A stretch of DNA of 64,000 nt, taken from Arenicellales bacterium (lineage in GTDB: Bacteria; Pseudomonadota; Gammaproteobacteria; Arenicellales; JAJDZL01). Positions 1 to 9,714 of the stretch are shown here, one piece after another (within the stretch, counting starts at the first letter, position 1; each line of letters starts with the position of its first letter). A program made the position numbers and the translations under genes. Location: NCBI GenBank assembly GCA_965206345.1, contig OZ242211.1, positions 2,599,078 through 2,663,077 on the forward strand, read 5' to 3'. Under the pieces are notes generated by a model. That model searched no databases. It was given only the letters and a program-made list of their open reading frames with translations, and was not told where the DNA came from.

Positions 1-3000
1 TTGATCAAGTAAACCCAGTTCGAACTACGCGTTCAACTGTAGGGACCATGACCGAAATCAATGATCACCTAAAACTTCTCTTTGCTCGTATTGCCTCGCT
101 TTATTGTCCCAACTGCGGCAAACTCGTCAAGCAGCGCACAAATGATGAAATATGCGATTCAATCTTCGAGGAGTTTGAAGACGCAAACATGATTCGGGTT
201 ATGTTTCCGGTTCATGTGCCGAAAAGTCTTTCTACCGAGTTTGCACTTGAACATCTCAGAAATCAAGGGTATACGCGAATTGCGCATCGTAAGGGAGAGA
301 CCATGCTGGTCATTCAGGACCGACTTCGTCCAGTCAACGCTAGCCGCTCCCGTCTGATTGAAGCGATCGAAGTGTCTCTGTATCGAGGGTCCAATTCTGT
401 CATTGTGCAGCGATTGGATGAAAGCGGCGAGGGTGCCGGACCTGAACTAGAGTTTACTGACAAGCTTCGATGTTGCGGTTACGACTATTCAAAGTCTACA
501 TCTAACCTGTTCTCCTTCAATTCACCGATTGGCGCATGTGACTCGTGTCGCGGTTTTGGCCGGACGATTGGCATTGACTACGACCAGGTCATACCAGATA
601 AATCTCTAACATTGAGAGAAGGTGCAATTCGGGCGTTCAATTCTCCCGTTTACAGCGAGAGTTATCACGATATTTTGAGATATGGAAGCGAAAGCGGAAT
701 TCCTCTCGATACGCCTTGGTGTGATCTGGAAGACGAGCACAAACGATGGGTAATTGAAGGGGAAGGAGGATGGTACAGTGGTAAGTGGTACGGTGTCAAA
801 CTCTTTTTTGCCTGGTTAGAACGGCGAAAACACCGCATGCATGTTCGGGTTTTCCTGTCCTACTATCGATCATATACGAGATGCAAGGACTGCGGAGGAG
901 CAAGACTGAAGCCAGCAGCCTTCAATTGGCGTCTGGGAAATCGTGTCGAGGAAATAGAAAGTTACCAAAAGTATAAACATCCGGCTTTTCAAATGACGGG
1001 TTCTCAATTTGATCGTCTGCCCGGTTTGACAATTCACGATGTTGCATCCTTACCGATAACTCGCTGTGTGGAGTTTTTTACAAGAATTCAACTTCCTTCC
1101 CCATATGATGATGCAGCCGCATTGCTGCTAGATGAAATTCGCGCACGACTGGGGTATCTAAATAGTGTAGGGTTGGGATACCTCAACCTTGATCGCCAAT
1201 CTCGTACCTTAAGCGGCGGTGAAGTTCAAAGAATCAATCTGACAACTGCATTGGGAACGACTCTCGTAAATACGTTATTTGTTCTGGATGAACCGACGAT
1301 TGGTTTACACAGTCGAGATATAGGACGGGTCATCGAAATACTTCACCGTTTACGTGACACCGGCAACACGCTTCTGGTTGTCGAGCACGAGGAGCAGGTG
1401 ATTCGCGCAGCCGACCAAATTGCAGATTTAGGTCCGGGCCCTGGCTCATCAGGTGGACGTCTGGTGCATTTTGGGTCGCTTAGGGAACTACTGAATTCAA
1501 CGAAGTCTGTAACTGCTGCCTGCCTCAATAATGGCGACTATCTGACTGAAATCCGCCCAAACGGTCATCTTCAAGAGCAATCGTTACCTCTAGTCATTCG
1601 TGGTGCCGAACAGAATAATCTCAAGGGAATTGATGTGTCGATTCCACTAGGTCAACTCGTGTGCATTACTGGCGTCAGTGGCTCTGGTAAATCGACTTTG
1701 ATTGAGGAAGTTTTGTTCCGCGGCGTATGCCGCCAACTGGGTAGAAGCACGGAGGCACCGGGACATCACCAGTCAATTGATGGTGTCGAAAACATCGACG
1801 ACATGGTTATGGTGACTCAGGCGGCGATCGGCAGAACCACACGTTCCAATCCCGTGAGTTATGTCGGTGCGTTAACTCCGATTCGCGAGATTTTTGCCCG
1901 ACAGCCGCTGGCTAAATCAAAAGGCTACACTGCAGGGCACTTCAGCTTTAATTCAAAACTCGGTCGTTGCGAATCTTGTGAAGGAAGTGGATTTGAACAT
2001 ATTGAAATGCAGTTTCTAAGTGATGTGTACCTGCGTTGTACAGAGTGTGATGGAACCAGATTTCGCTCCGAAATTTGTCAGGTTAAAGTTAATCCAGACT
2101 CAAATATTGACTCAGACACATTATCAGAACCGCTCTCAATTGTTGACGTTCTGAACCTTACTGTTGCGGATGCTATCGAGTTTTTTCAAAATGAAACCAA
2201 GGTTGTTAATGCACTTGCACCTCTCGTTGATGTCGGATTGGACTACCTTACCCTAGGGCAGCCAGTTCCAACCCTGAGTGGAGGTGAAGCACAACGACTG
2301 AAACTTGCAGCCCACATTGCCAAAAATACGAGCATCAGAAGGAAGAGACGCGAGCACATCGTGTTCTTATTTGATGAGCCGACAACCGGATTGCACTTTA
2401 CAGATGTATCGAAACTGATCAGTTCACTTCGAAGACTGCTCGACAGTGGACATTCGGTTGTTGTTATTGAACACAATCTGGATCTCGTATCGAGTTCGGA
2501 CTGGTTGATTGATTTGGGGCCAGAAGGTGGGGAATTCGGCGGTGAACTTGTCGGTGAGGGAACTCCAACATCAGTTGCACATAACTATTCGACGGCTACC
2601 GCAGAAGCACTTAGAGAGTATTTCAATGGGAAAGCAAATCGAAAGCACAAGAATCTCGGCGAAGTCAGCGCGAATCAGCAAATTGATCAGCAGATCGTGA
2701 TCCAAAACGCTCGCGAACATAATTTAAAAAACATCTCTGTTTCAATACCATACAACGCGATGACGGTAATCACCGGCATGAGTGGCAGCGGCAAGAGTAC
2801 GTTGGCATTCGACATTTTATTTGCCGAGGGGCAGAAACGGTATCTTGCAACCATCAATGCCTATGCACGGCAGTTTGTTCAGCCGGCCACCAGGGCTGAT
2901 TTTGATTCAATTGCCGGGTTGCCGCCAACTGTTGCAATCTCACAGATGATTAGCCGGGGAGGGCGCCGAAGCACCGTAGCCACTCTCACAGAAATTTACC

Positions 3001-5315
3001 ACTACATTCGTTTGCTCTACGTAAGGTTTGGGATTCAATTCTGTCCGGAATGTCATGTCGAGATTCATGCTCGATCAATCGAATCCATTGTTCAACAGAT
3101 CATTCGCGAACGAATGAACACGAGGGTTAGCGTACTCGCTCCACTAGTAGTATCGCGCAAGGGGAATCATAATCCTTGGCAGCAGTGGGCCCTGAAACGT
3201 GGAGCGTCCTCTCTACTTGTGGATGGTGAACTGCATTCGACTCAGAATTGGAAGCCACTAGATCGATACCGTCTGCATAGTATTGATTTGCCAGTAGCGA
3301 CGATCGAATTGGGTCCGGATTACGCGTCTGCTAGAGCAAATCTAATAGCGGCAATTGACGAATCGTTGCAAATCAAAGATGGACATTTTCGTATTGCATA
3401 CCCCGCGCTGGATCAGGAAACCGAAGACCGTAATTTGGAACTTTTTTCTACCAGTCGATCCTGTACCAGTTGTGGGAGAGCTTTTGAAGAACTGGATCCA
3501 AGGCTGTTTTCGTACAATTCAAGTCAGGGTTGGTGTGACGCATGCCTTGGCACCGGATTGGCGATTAAGAATGCTGACAGCCAGGATAATGAGGACCCGG
3601 ACCACCTTACCGATGGTGAAATCTGTGGCACATGTGAAGGGCGAAGACTCAATCCCGAAGCGCTGGCTGTTCAGTTTCACGGAATAACCATTGATGAAAT
3701 GACTCGCTGGTCAGTGCGAGATGCCAGAATCAGGCTTTCCAAGTTGAGACTGACTGACCGTGAAAAGGTAGCAGCACAAGATATTTTGGCCGAATTGACT
3801 TCACGGCTTGCGTTTCTGGAATCAGTTGGACTATCTTATCTTTCTCTTGATCGTGCAGCACCAACGTTAAGTGGTGGCGAAGCACAGAGAATTCGTCTCG
3901 CTGCCCAATTGGGATCGAGTCTCTGCGGTGCGTGCTACGTGCTTGACGAACCGACGATTGGATTGCACAGTCGGGATAATCAGTTGCTGCTATCAGCTCT
4001 CGCATCGCTTAGGGACAAAGGAAATACGATTGTGGTGGTTGAGCATGATGAAGACACAATAGTTTCAGCTGACCACATCATTGATCTCGGGCCCGGTGGA
4101 GGCGTTCGCGGTGGTGAGGTTATTGCGACTGGGACGGTTCAAGAAATTCGCAAAAATTCTAGCTCAATTACTGGACGTATGCTGACGTCACCGTTACAGC
4201 ATCCTATGCCAAGAACCCGTGCAGCAGCGAATCCAAAAAACTCCATTGAAATTAGCGGCGTATTTCGACACAACCTACAAAAAGTCAACGTATCATTCCC
4301 GGTCCAGGCATTGATATGCGTAACTGGTGTCAGTGGCAGCGGAAAAAGTACGCTCGTTCGTGACGTGCTTTATCGAAATTTGTCAGCTGTACTATCACAA
4401 AGGCAATCTGATGAAATCGAACATGCGTGGGACTACTGTAGCAACATCACCGGTTGGAATCAGGTGCGTCGAGTGCTGGAGGTTGATCAGACGCCCATTG
4501 GCAAAACGCCAAGATCCTGCCCGGCAACATATGTCAATGTATGGCAAATTATTCGAAAGTTATTCGCAGAGACTGCGGAAGCACGACTTCGGGGGTATAC
4601 CGCATCAAGATTTTCCTTTAATGTAGCGGAAGGACGATGTCCAACTTGCGGGGGACAGGGTGAGAAGAAAATTGAAATGAACTTTTTACCTGATGTAAGG
4701 GTGCGATGCGAAAGTTGTAATGGCGCTCGATTTAATCAGGAAACGCTCAGCGTTCATTATCGAGATAAGACAATTGCTCAAGTTCTGGATTTCAGTGTCG
4801 AAGAAGCGCTGGAATTTTTCTCAGCACTGCCGTCACTGGAACGTGTTTTTGGTCTACTTGTAGATGTGGGACTTGGGTACCTGAGACTTGGTCAGCCTAG
4901 TCCGACATTGAGTGGAGGAGAGGCTCAGAGAATAAAGTTGGTTTCGGAACTCGCAAAGGCACTACCGCGTGATAATTACAAGATTCAGGCGGCTTCTCAG
5001 GCTAGACCTGTACTTGGGACTCTATACGTGTTGGATGAACCGACTGTTGGACTGCATGCAGCGGATGTCGAAAAACTGCTCAAGGTCATTCACGCCCTGG
5101 TTGATGCTGGCAATACTGTTGTTGTTATCGAGCACAATCTGGACGTGGTCTCAGAGGCTGATTGGATAGTTGATTTGGGTCCGGAAGGAGGCGATTCAGG
5201 AGGGAAGATAGTTGTAGAGGGAACTTTGGACAAATTAACGAAATCCAGACGCTCCCATACTGCCCGAGCCTTGCGAGAATTCAGACGAACTTCCCGTACC
5301 TCCGCCCGGAACTAG
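1..5315 (+). CDS. Tandem-duplicated UvrA-like ABC ATPase (two UvrA units in one polypeptide); the 5' end lies upstream of the window
   Basis: The frame is open from nt 3. The first residues DQVNPVRTTRSTVGTMTEINDHLKLLFAR match the conserved UvrA RSTVGT-TEI-D-LRLLFAR block, so the ATG at 48 is internal. Unit 1 has CPNCG, CDSCRGFG, CESCEGSG..CTECDG, Walker A GVSGSGKST and two LSGGE signatures. Unit 2 restarts near nt 2690 with NLKNISVSIPYNAMTVITGMSGSGKSTLAFDILFAEGQKRYL and repeats all modules (CPECH, CTSCG, CDACLGTG, GVSGSGKST, CPTCGGQG..CESCNG, LSGGEAQR twice). Confidence 0.85.
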   Translation, partial: DQVNPVRTTRSTVGTMTEINDHLKLLFARIASLYCPNCGKLVKQRTNDEICDSIFEEFEDANMIRVMFPVHVPKSLSTEFALEHLRNQGYTRIAHRKGETMLVIQDRLRPVNASRSRLIEAIEVSLYRGSNSVIVQRLDESGEGAGPELEFTDKLRCCGYDYSKSTSNLFSFNSPIGACDSCRGFGRTIGIDYDQVIPDKSLTLREGAIRAFNSPVYSESYHDILRYGSESGIPLDTPWCDLEDEHKRWVIEGEGGWYSGKWYGVKLFFAWLERRKHRMHVRVFLSYYRSYTRCKDCGGARLKPAAFNWRLGNRVEEIESYQKYKHPAFQMTGSQFDRLPGLTIHDVASLPITRCVEFFTRIQLPSPYDDAAALLLDEIRARLGYLNSVGLGYLNLDRQSRTLSGGEVQRINLTTALGTTLVNTLFVLDEPTIGLHSRDIGRVIEILHRLRDTGNTLLVVEHEEQVIRAADQIADLGPGPGSSGGRLVHFGSLRELLNSTKSVTAACLNNGDYLTEIRPNGHLQEQSLPLVIRGAEQNNLKGIDVSIPLGQLVCITGVSGSGKSTLIEEVLFRGVCRQLGRSTEAPGHHQSIDGVENIDDMVMVTQAAIGRTTRSNPVSYVGALTPIREIFARQPLAKSKGYTAGHFSFNSKLGRCESCEGSGFEHIEMQFLSDVYLRCTECDGTRFRSEICQVKVNPDSNIDSDTLSEPLSIVDVLNLTVADAIEFFQNETKVVNALAPLVDVGLDYLTLGQPVPTLSGGEAQRLKLAAHIAKNTSIRRKRREHIVFLFDEPTTGLHFTDVSKLISSLRRLLDSGHSVVVIEHNLDLVSSSDWLIDLGPEGGEFGGELVGEGTPTSVAHNYSTATAEALREYFNGKANRKHKNLGEVSANQQIDQQIVIQNAREHNLKNISVSIPYNAMTVITGMSGSGKSTLAFDILFAEGQKRYLATINAYARQFVQPATRADFDSIAGLPPTVAISQMISRGGRRSTVATLTEIYHYIRLLYVRFGIQFCPECHVEIHARSIESIVQQIIRERMNTRVSVLAPLVVSRKGNHNPWQQWALKRGASSLLVDGELHSTQNWKPLDRYRLHSIDLPVATIELGPDYASARANLIAAIDESLQIKDGHFRIAYPALDQETEDRNLELFSTSRSCTSCGRAFEELDPRLFSYNSSQGWCDACLGTGLAIKNADSQDNEDPDHLTDGEICGTCEGRRLNPEALAVQFHGITIDEMTRWSVRDARIRLSKLRLTDREKVAAQDILAELTSRLAFLESVGLSYLSLDRAAPTLSGGEAQRIRLAAQLGSSLCGACYVLDEPTIGLHSRDNQLLLSALASLRDKGNTIVVVEHDEDTIVSADHIIDLGPGGGVRGGEVIATGTVQEIRKNSSSITGRMLTSPLQHPMPRTRAAANPKNSIEISGVFRHNLQKVNVSFPVQALICVTGVSGSGKSTLVRDVLYRNLSAVLSQRQSDEIEHAWDYCSNITGWNQVRRVLEVDQTPIGKTPRSCPATYVNVWQIIRKLFAETAEARLRGYTASRFSFNVAEGRCPTCGGQGEKKIEMNFLPDVRVRCESCNGARFNQETLSVHYRDKTIAQVLDFSVEEALEFFSALPSLERVFGLLVDVGLGYLRLGQPSPTLSGGEAQRIKLVSELAKALPRDNYKIQAASQARPVLGTLYVLDEPTVGLHAADVEKLLKVIHALVDAGNTVVVIEHNLDVVSEADWIVDLGPEGGDSGGKIVVEGTLDKLTKSRRSHTARALREFRRTSRTSARN

Positions 5316-5981
5316 TACCTGACGTAAGTCTTCGTGCCGCTGTGCAATGTACGTTTTCATTGCAAGTTCTGCTCGGTCCGCATCGCGCTCTGCGACCGCC
5401 TTCGCAACGTCGTGGGTCATCACTTCATGCGCCTGCGCTATTGAGTGCCAGCTGCCAAGTCGCTCTGAAATGAGGAACCAAAGTCGTAGATGCAGGTTCA
5501 TGATGCGCGGGATGGTCTCAGAAATGAATGTGTTGCGCACTGAACTTGCAAGCACCTTGTAGAAGTCACGGTTGGCATCAACGTACGCGTCAATATCATC
5601 CTGCTCGGTTGCAGCGACCAGTGCATGATGGATTTCCATGAGGCTGTCTGCCTGTGCTTTTGTCGCTCGCATTGCAGCAAGCCGGCATGCAGATCCGTCG
5701 ATGATGCTGCGAAATTCGTAAATTTCCTGAATTTCCGTTATTCCGACTTCAGATACAAACATTCCGCGATTCAAGCGGTGAACTACAAGCCCTTCAATTG
5801 CCAGGCGTTGCAGAGCTTCTCTTACTGGCGTTCGGCCAATGCCTAGTTCCTCAACCAGACTTCTTTCTGCAAGAACTGAACCCGGCGATAGTTCCAGTCG
5901 CGTGATTCGTTTGACCAGCTCTTCATAGGCCAAATTGCTTAGAGATTTATCTTTATGGATAGGTTTTATGGAGATGTTCAC
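5235..5981 (-). CDS. GntR-family (FadR/FCD-type) transcriptional regulator, last gene of the corrinoid operon
   Basis: N-terminal winged HTH: LAYEELVKRITRLELSPGSVLAERSLVEELGIGRTPVREALQRLAIEGLV, followed by a helical FCD-like C-terminal domain. The GTG start overlaps the upstream stop (TAGTG). The 3' tail overlaps the convergent uvrA-like gene by 81 nt. Confidence 0.85.
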   Translation of the reverse strand: MNISIKPIHKDKSLSNLAYEELVKRITRLELSPGSVLAERSLVEELGIGRTPVREALQRLAIEGLVVHRLNRGMFVSEVGITEIQEIYEFRSIIDGSACRLAAMRATKAQADSLMEIHHALVAATEQDDIDAYVDANRDFYKVLASSVRNTFISETIPRIMNLHLRLWFLISERLGSWHSIAQAHEVMTHDVAKAVAERDADRAELAMKTYIAQRHEDLRQVLVPGGGTGSSSEFSQGSGSMGASGFR

Positions 5982-6982
5982 TAGGCTGCATCAGTAATTG
6001 GTACGCCGAACCCAGATGCAATAGATTCCGGATTGAGGTCTCGACCAATAAAAACCAGCCGATAATGCGACTTGGTTTCAGCTACAAACACTTCCAGTTG
6101 GCCGGCTGAATACTGAATCAGCGAGGGTTGGCCACTGACAATCATATGACCTTTCATCCGCCAGACATTATCGGGCAGTCGTCCGCAAGCTCTTTCCAGA
6201 TCAACTTGCGAAACGTCTTCGTGTGGCGCGATAACAAAAGACTCCATCGTTTCATGTGCATGATGATGCTCCTCATCATGATGATGGTGGTGTTCGTCAT
6301 GATCATGATGGTGATGTGAATGATCTTCGCCGTTGGAAGAATCATATCTTTCAAGCAATGCTGAAACATCATCTGAAAATACCAGGCTAGAGTCGACATC
6401 ACAAAACTCGGTGAATCGTATCTCTGCCCACGGATTAATTTCCTTAATCTGCTCAGTCACATTCTTTAGTTCCTGCTCATCCGTTCGATCAATTTTGTTA
6501 ATGATCACGATGTCCGCATTCAGAACTTGCGAGACATAAAACTCACCCAGCATCGGGCGGACTTTGTTGAAGTAAGACGCATCAACGACCACTACTATTG
6601 GTGCCACGTTCATTTTATTAGCAATAGTGGAGTCCTCTAGATCATCAAGCATGTCTTCTGGGTCAGCGACGCCAGTTGCTTCAACAACGATACGTTTGGC
6701 ACCTTTGTCGTTTGCAAGTTCTTCAATCGCGTTCATCAGTGAGCCTTTGAGGGTGCAGCAGATACAGCCTGACGCCAGCTCAACTGTGTCGATGGTATTT
6801 CCTTGAATGATATCGCCGTCGATCCCGACGTCGCCAAACTCATTAACAATGACTGCAGTTGGGTACCCAGGGTCTACCGTTTGCAGAAGATTTCTGACTA
6901 GTGTAGTCTTTCCAGCACCCAGAAATCCAAACAACAAGTGGATCTGTGGCAAGGTGCGCAATTCGCTGATATCCGATTGCAT
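5981..6982 (-). CDS. CobW/COG0523-family G3E GTPase (metallochaperone-type) with a His-rich insert
   Basis: Walker A GFLGAGKTT, metal motif GCICC, NKID G4 motif, and a His-rich stretch HSHHHHDHDEHHHHHDEEHHHAH (15 His in 23 residues, nt 6254-6322). Confidence 0.85.
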   Translation of the reverse strand: MQSDISELRTLPQIHLLFGFLGAGKTTLVRNLLQTVDPGYPTAVIVNEFGDVGIDGDIIQGNTIDTVELASGCICCTLKGSLMNAIEELANDKGAKRIVVEATGVADPEDMLDDLEDSTIANKMNVAPIVVVVDASYFNKVRPMLGEFYVSQVLNADIVIINKIDRTDEQELKNVTEQIKEINPWAEIRFTEFCDVDSSLVFSDDVSALLERYDSSNGEDHSHHHHDHDEHHHHHDEEHHHAHETMESFVIAPHEDVSQVDLERACGRLPDNVWRMKGHMIVSGQPSLIQYSAGQLEVFVAETKSHYRLVFIGRDLNPESIASGFGVPITDAA

Positions 6983-7024
6983 GCCTAATACTTGAGCAAT
7001 ATTTTGAAAATATATTACTGCATT

Positions 7025-8965
7025 TTATACGAGTTGCCGCTGTCGCCGCTCTTGTCTTCTCCGGCGGTTAGATTTGGATGAAACAGGGAATGGTGCTCCT
7101 TTAAACGCCATTGAGTCGACGAAGATATCCTGAAAGTCGGGCCGAGCAGCTAATGCGACGTGCTCAATGTTCTGAGTGATTTGATAGGCATTGATTCTTT
7201 CTGATTCTGACAGTAAAGCCATTTGTGCACCGAGTAGAGCTGCATTACCGACGTAGGCAATCCGTTCGTTCTCAAGATCTGGAAGAAGCCGAATCGTTTT
7301 TGCGCTTTGAATGTTGATGTAATTGCCGAAACCACCGCACAACATCAAAAGCTGTATTTCGTCATCGCTGATGTTCATGACGGACTGGAGCATTCGAATA
7401 CCGGAGAAAATTGCGCTTTTCGCAAGCTGCAGTTGCCTTACATCACCTTGTGTAATACCAATTCTCCGGTTTTTGCCCGAGTCTTCTTCCCATACCAAAG
7501 CAAATTCGCGAGAGCCTTTTTCTGATAGAACAAGACGCTTTTGAATTTCGGGTGATAGTTGTTCAACATCATGTTTTCTGAAATTGCCGTTACGATCCAT
7601 CACGCTCGCATCGATCATCTTGGCTGCTGCATCAATCAATCCGGAACCACAAATACCAATGGCTGGTACGTCGCCAATAGTCAAACAACTGAAATCATCA
7701 TTCACTTCGACTTTTTCGATGGCACCGATTGCGCCACGCATGCCATCTCGAATTTGTGCACCTTCGAGGGCAGGGCCGGCCGGAGCGGAACAGGCAGTCA
7801 AGCGATCGCGAGAACCCATCACCACTTCGCCATTGGTCCCAATATCGACTAGAGTCCTAGTTTCCTCGCTTTCGTGAATGCGAGTGGCTAATATGCAAGC
7901 GACGGTATCCGCACCGACAAATCCGGCGATGATCGGCAGCATACACACCTGTGCATTGGGAGCCGCTTTTAGGGGAAGATCCGATGCGGGAAAAACCAGA
8001 TTTTCTCGAACCACGGGGGCATAAGGCGCTAGACCTAAATAGCTAACATCGATTCCCAGAAAGATGTGGTGCATACAACTGTTGCCGACAATGACTATTT
8101 TGTAGACATGTTCGGAATCGACTCCTGCCTCCTCGCAGCATTCTCGGATGTACTGATTGACCTGATTAATCACTTTGGCCCGCAGTGTAGTCAGTTTTTT
8201 CTCGTCGAACTGAGCGTATGCAATTCGTGACATCAAGTCGCCACCGTATACTGCCTGCGCATTGACCCCGCCCGCAGAAGCCAACTGCTCACCGGTTCGA
8301 AGATCAAGCAGAGTGCCAACCAGACTCGTCGTTCCTATGTCAAAGGCAAAGCCATACAGTTTGTTGGTTGTGTCTCCAGCTTCTACATCGATAATTCGGC
8401 CATTGAATCGAGTGACTGTCAGTTTGCCGTTTTTTTCCCGCAGAATTGGCGGGATCTTGCGCATACACTGAATTGGAACATCGTGATGAGCAAGGTCTGA
8501 AATTGTCGCTAGAATTTCCTCAACATCTGAAGTTTGATGATGCTCTTCGACAGGTGCTTTTGCGGTAACTGTAATTTTGGTGATGCCACTATCCAGATGA
8601 AACTCATCTGTGTCCATCATTGGATCATGTGCTTCAAGAATCTTATGACCTTCTTCCGTCTTTGGTGGCATAGGTGCCACCGTGGAATCGTCAAGCATGC
8701 GGGTTTGACAGGAAAGTCGAAAGCCTTCCAGAACTTCATCATGGCCCAGCTGTACTGTGTCCTGTACAGATGGTGGGGGAATCGCGCCTTTAAGGATTTT
8801 TACCCGGCAGCTTCTGCAGCGACCGCGTACCCCGCATGTGGCTTCAATGTTGATGCCGGCGTAGCGTGCGGCATCAAGAATGGTGAGATCTCGTGGAACC
8901 TGTACGGTTTTGTCAGCATGCTTCCCGGAGGTGCTGACAAAGGTAACGGAGATCCTGTCAGACAT
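7025..8965 (-). CDS. RACo-type reductive activator of corrinoid proteins (N-terminal 2Fe-2S ferredoxin fused to an ASKHA ATPase)
   Basis: Plant-type ferredoxin cysteines CGVRGRCRSCRV...LSCQ. ASKHA phosphate and adenosine motifs FDIGTTS, VDIGTNGEV, ICGSGLID. The 646-aa length is typical of this family. Confidence 0.8.
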   Translation of the reverse strand: MSDRISVTFVSTSGKHADKTVQVPRDLTILDAARYAGINIEATCGVRGRCRSCRVKILKGAIPPPSVQDTVQLGHDEVLEGFRLSCQTRMLDDSTVAPMPPKTEEGHKILEAHDPMMDTDEFHLDSGITKITVTAKAPVEEHHQTSDVEEILATISDLAHHDVPIQCMRKIPPILREKNGKLTVTRFNGRIIDVEAGDTTNKLYGFAFDIGTTSLVGTLLDLRTGEQLASAGGVNAQAVYGGDLMSRIAYAQFDEKKLTTLRAKVINQVNQYIRECCEEAGVDSEHVYKIVIVGNSCMHHIFLGIDVSYLGLAPYAPVVRENLVFPASDLPLKAAPNAQVCMLPIIAGFVGADTVACILATRIHESEETRTLVDIGTNGEVVMGSRDRLTACSAPAGPALEGAQIRDGMRGAIGAIEKVEVNDDFSCLTIGDVPAIGICGSGLIDAAAKMIDASVMDRNGNFRKHDVEQLSPEIQKRLVLSEKGSREFALVWEEDSGKNRRIGITQGDVRQLQLAKSAIFSGIRMLQSVMNISDDEIQLLMLCGGFGNYINIQSAKTIRLLPDLENERIAYVGNAALLGAQMALLSESERINAYQITQNIEHVALAARPDFQDIFVDSMAFKGAPFPVSSKSNRRRRQERRQRQLV

Positions 8966-8967
8966 TA

Positions 8968-9705
8968 TTACGCCCAGACTTCGCGCGGGGTTTCCACCAG
9001 TTTTAACGCCAGTCTGACTGCCTGAACAGCATCTTTACCCCAACCATCTGCACCACATTCTTCGGCCCATTCAGGGGAGGTTGGGGCACCACCAATCAGA
9101 ATTTTTACTTTCTCTCGATGCCCTGCATTTTGAAATTCTTCGATTGTTACTTTCTGATAGTAAACCGTCGTCGAAAGTAGTGCTGAAAAACCGACCAGGT
9201 CTGCTTTTTCATTAAGTGCTGTCTCAATGAATTTATCAGGATGAACATCCGTGCCAAGATTAATGACATTAAAACCAGCATTTTCAAGCATGATGGTCAC
9301 AATAGATTGTCCGATGTCATGCATGTCACCGAGCACCGTGCCTATTACGAATGTACCGACAGGCTTTTCTGCCTGTGCCGCGAGAAGGGGGCGAATCAGT
9401 GCCAGACCTGCCTTCATGGCTCTGGCCGTTATCAGCATCTCCGGAATGAAAATAACCATTGCACTGAATCGGTCGGCCTGCAGATTAAATCCTGGAAACA
9501 AACCGTCATCCAGAATAACACGCGGATCAATGCCCATCTCAATGCTTTCACGCACGCGCTCGTCAGTATATATATGGTCGCCGGTTTCTACCGCCTCCCA
9601 CAGGGTCTGCCATTCCCACCCCTCTGGGGCACGGCTTTCCCAACCTTCCGGTATTTGTAGCTCGGGCTCTTCCGGACCCTCGTAATCTAAAAATTCTGTA
9701 TTCAA
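8968..9705 (-). CDS. Corrinoid (cobalamin)-binding protein: B12-binding cap plus Rossmann domain
   Basis: DxHxxG motif GDMHDIG, a helical cap segment LWEAVETGD...FIPEMLITARAMK, and GGAP near the C-terminus. The N-terminus carries a short PEGWE..PEGWE repeat. Confidence 0.85.
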   Translation of the reverse strand: MNTEFLDYEGPEEPELQIPEGWESRAPEGWEWQTLWEAVETGDHIYTDERVRESIEMGIDPRVILDDGLFPGFNLQADRFSAMVIFIPEMLITARAMKAGLALIRPLLAAQAEKPVGTFVIGTVLGDMHDIGQSIVTIMLENAGFNVINLGTDVHPDKFIETALNEKADLVGFSALLSTTVYYQKVTIEEFQNAGHREKVKILIGGAPTSPEWAEECGADGWGKDAVQAVRLALKLVETPREVWA

Positions 9706-9714
9706 TTTTTTTAC

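Noticed and set aside
6128-6402. Met/Ile/His-rich ORFs (for example ...MMMLLIMMMVVFVMIMMVM) overlapping the CobW-like gene.
   Set aside because: These are alternative-frame or antisense readings of the CAT/CAC (His) codon run that encodes the His-rich insert. They are not independent genes.
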